Source of the DNA: Synechococcales cyanobacterium VAR_4_metabat_354
Lineage (GTDB): Bacteria; Cyanobacteriota; Cyanobacteriia; Cyanobacteriales; Chamaesiphonaceae
Direction: 5' to 3'
Length of the DNA stretch: 53,176 nucleotides
Assembly (NCBI GenBank): GCA_031414775.1
Contig: JANOQI010000004.1
Coordinates: 1 to 53,176, forward strand
Shown: in pieces, positions 51,875-53,176 of the stretch
How positions within the stretch are numbered: position 1 is the stretch's first letter
How the letters are laid out: every line of letters begins with the position of its first letter
Position numbers and translations under genes: made by a program
The notes under the pieces: generated by a model
The model's input: only the letters and a program-made list of their open reading frames with translations
Databases searched by the model: none
What the model was told of the DNA's origin: nothing

Positions 51875-52299
51875 CGGATAGCGCCAGCTTGCGAGTGGTG
51901 ATTGATACTAACTTGGTGTTGTCGGCGTTGGTGTTTGGTGGCAGTATGGCAAAACTGCGGCTGGCATGGCAGGATGAGCGGTTTACGCCCTTGGCTTCTA
52001 AGGCGACTGTTACGGAGTTGATTAGGGTTTTGGCTTATCCTAAGTTCAAGCTAACCCAATCGGAGCAAGAGGATTTGCTGGCAGATTATTTACCTTTTTG
52101 TGACACGGTGCTGATGCCTGATGCATTACCCGCAATTCCTGATTGTCGAGATCCTTTTGATGTACCTTTTTTGGTGTTAGCGCTGGTGGGTAAGGCTGAT
52201 TATCTGGTGACGGGCGATCGCGATCTTTTATGCCTTGCCGACAGTTTTTCTTGTCCAATCATCAAGGTCGATCAATTTTTTGCAGTTAACAATCTTTAG
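51871..52299 (+). CDS. PIN-domain toxin (copy 2)
   Basis: VIDTNLVLSAL, CRDPFD, YLVTGDRDLL; ATGA overlap with the antitoxin. Confidence 0.88.
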   Translation: MTDSASLRVVIDTNLVLSALVFGGSMAKLRLAWQDERFTPLASKATVTELIRVLAYPKFKLTQSEQEDLLADYLPFCDTVLMPDALPAIPDCRDPFDVPFLVLALVGKADYLVTGDRDLLCLADSFSCPIIKVDQFFAVNNL

Positions 52300-52931
52300 C
52301 CATTGGCAGGCGATTGCTCAAATTCAAGGATATTCACTAAAATTTGAATAAGATCGGCGAGATCGGCGGGGACACGGTAAAGATTCAGGTCTTGGGTGAT
52401 GCGACGTGAGGCGCGATCGAATTGGCCAAATTGCCAAATGTTGCCAGTGGAGATGGCTCCTTGGAGGATGGGCTGGTCGGATTCGATCCATTGGTCGAGG
52501 GCAATCAGTTCGATCGCAAGCTGGACAAAGCCGCGTTCTAGATCTTCGTTTTTGGCTTCTATAACTAAGAAGGTTTGGTGATTCTGAAGCAAATAATCCA
52601 ATGAGCCTTTAAGTTGGTTGCTAACAACGACTGGATATTCGACGTTGAGGGTGGCTTGGGTGTAGTGCAGTACGTCGGTGAGAACGGGGGCGATGAGAAA
52701 TTCTCGCCGTGCCATTTCGCTGGTGAGGCTGAGGCGGGGCAGGCTTTCTTCGATGCGGGCTTTGAGTTCTGTGAGCCGATCAAGTTCTCCGGTGTAGCGG
52801 GGCAGGGTGAGCGCACGACGTTGTAGTGAAACGCCGAAGTAGGCGAGGATGTCTTGGGGGGCAAAGTTGAGTTTGAAGTAGTCGGCAAAAGTATAGGACT
52901 GGTCGGGCTGAATGATCGGGGTTCTGAGCAT
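52296..52931 (-). CDS. Cyanobacterial hypothetical protein with PD-(D/E)xK (HsdR-N-like) motifs
   Basis: SEMARREFLIAPVL, GSLDY, VIEAK, QLAIEL, STGNIWQFG. Confidence 0.78.
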   Translation of the reverse strand: MLRTPIIQPDQSYTFADYFKLNFAPQDILAYFGVSLQRRALTLPRYTGELDRLTELKARIEESLPRLSLTSEMARREFLIAPVLTDVLHYTQATLNVEYPVVVSNQLKGSLDYLLQNHQTFLVIEAKNEDLERGFVQLAIELIALDQWIESDQPILQGAISTGNIWQFGQFDRASRRITQDLNLYRVPADLADLIQILVNILEFEQSPANG

Positions 52932-52960
52932 TAGAGGATTCCTCGTTGATGATTGAAAGT

Positions 52961-53023
52961 TTAGGAATTTTGGGATATAGGATCGTCCTCAATGACTTTT
53001 ATTTTCCCGGTAACGACATCATT
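52961..53023 (-). pseudogene. hsdS: C-terminal stub of type I RM specificity subunit
   Basis: NDVVTGKIKVIEDDPISQNS* resembles the usual HsdS ending (LIxxxVTGKIxV); upstream of and co-oriented with hsdR. Confidence 0.65.
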
Positions 53024-53057
53024 CCGCAGATCCTTCTCATAGTAAGAGTGCGGAATG

Positions 53058-53176
53058 CGGGAAACTCAGTGGCTTTAGCCCTGAGAGGGAAGCGACTCGA
53101 GGGACTTCAGTCCCCTTCATCTTAGTTTGCTGAATGGTGTGGATCTTCAATATATTTTATGACAGCTTCACTACTG
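53058..53176 (-). mobile_element. tnpA: IS200/IS605-family element end with the 3' end of tnpA (runs off the window)
   Basis: Hairpins CTCAG-T-GGCT-TT-AGCC-CTGAG (53065-53085) and GGGACT-TC-AGTCCC (53101-53114). Minus-strand SSEAVIKYIEDPHHSAN* (53175-53122) contains the Y1 transposase catalytic Tyr helix. Exact boundary uncertain. Confidence 0.8.

Noticed and set aside
37388..52299. The 14-kb block between the duplicated TA modules as one mobile element
   Set aside because: It contains core genes (recQ, dnaK3-dnaJ), the copies are diverged, and there is no integrase or att site.

Overview
A 53-kb cyanobacterial chromosomal segment. The assignment rests on abundant CGATCG/HIP1-type palindromes, XisH, a dnaK3-dnaJ pair and cyanobacterial IS families. 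Housekeeping genes: moaB, purB, pdhB, secD, secF, mlaE, murT-like, mgtE, pyrB, a B12-binding radical SAM fusion, ychF, recQ and dnaK3/dnaJ. A ~17-kb Wzx/Wzy-type polysaccharide cluster (10.5-27.5 kb) is headed by a Tat-signal lipoprotein carrying hyaluronidase (GH56)-like motifs. The accessory regions hold many decayed defence genes: an hsdR broken by an ISKra4 element, a second type I RM locus with intact hsdR but only the tail of hsdS, an orphan methyltransferase tail, and two antitoxins whose toxins are reduced to C-terminal stubs (one fused to XisH). An AbrB/PIN toxin-antitoxin module occurs twice with an identical operator. The best candidate for an undescribed system is an intact, AT-rich, tightly coupled two-gene operon at 38352-40773: a TerB-like/CbbX-SpoVK AAA+ ATPase followed by a PD-(D/E)xK nuclease-NYN fusion. 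All calls come from motif recognition by eye; no searches were run.
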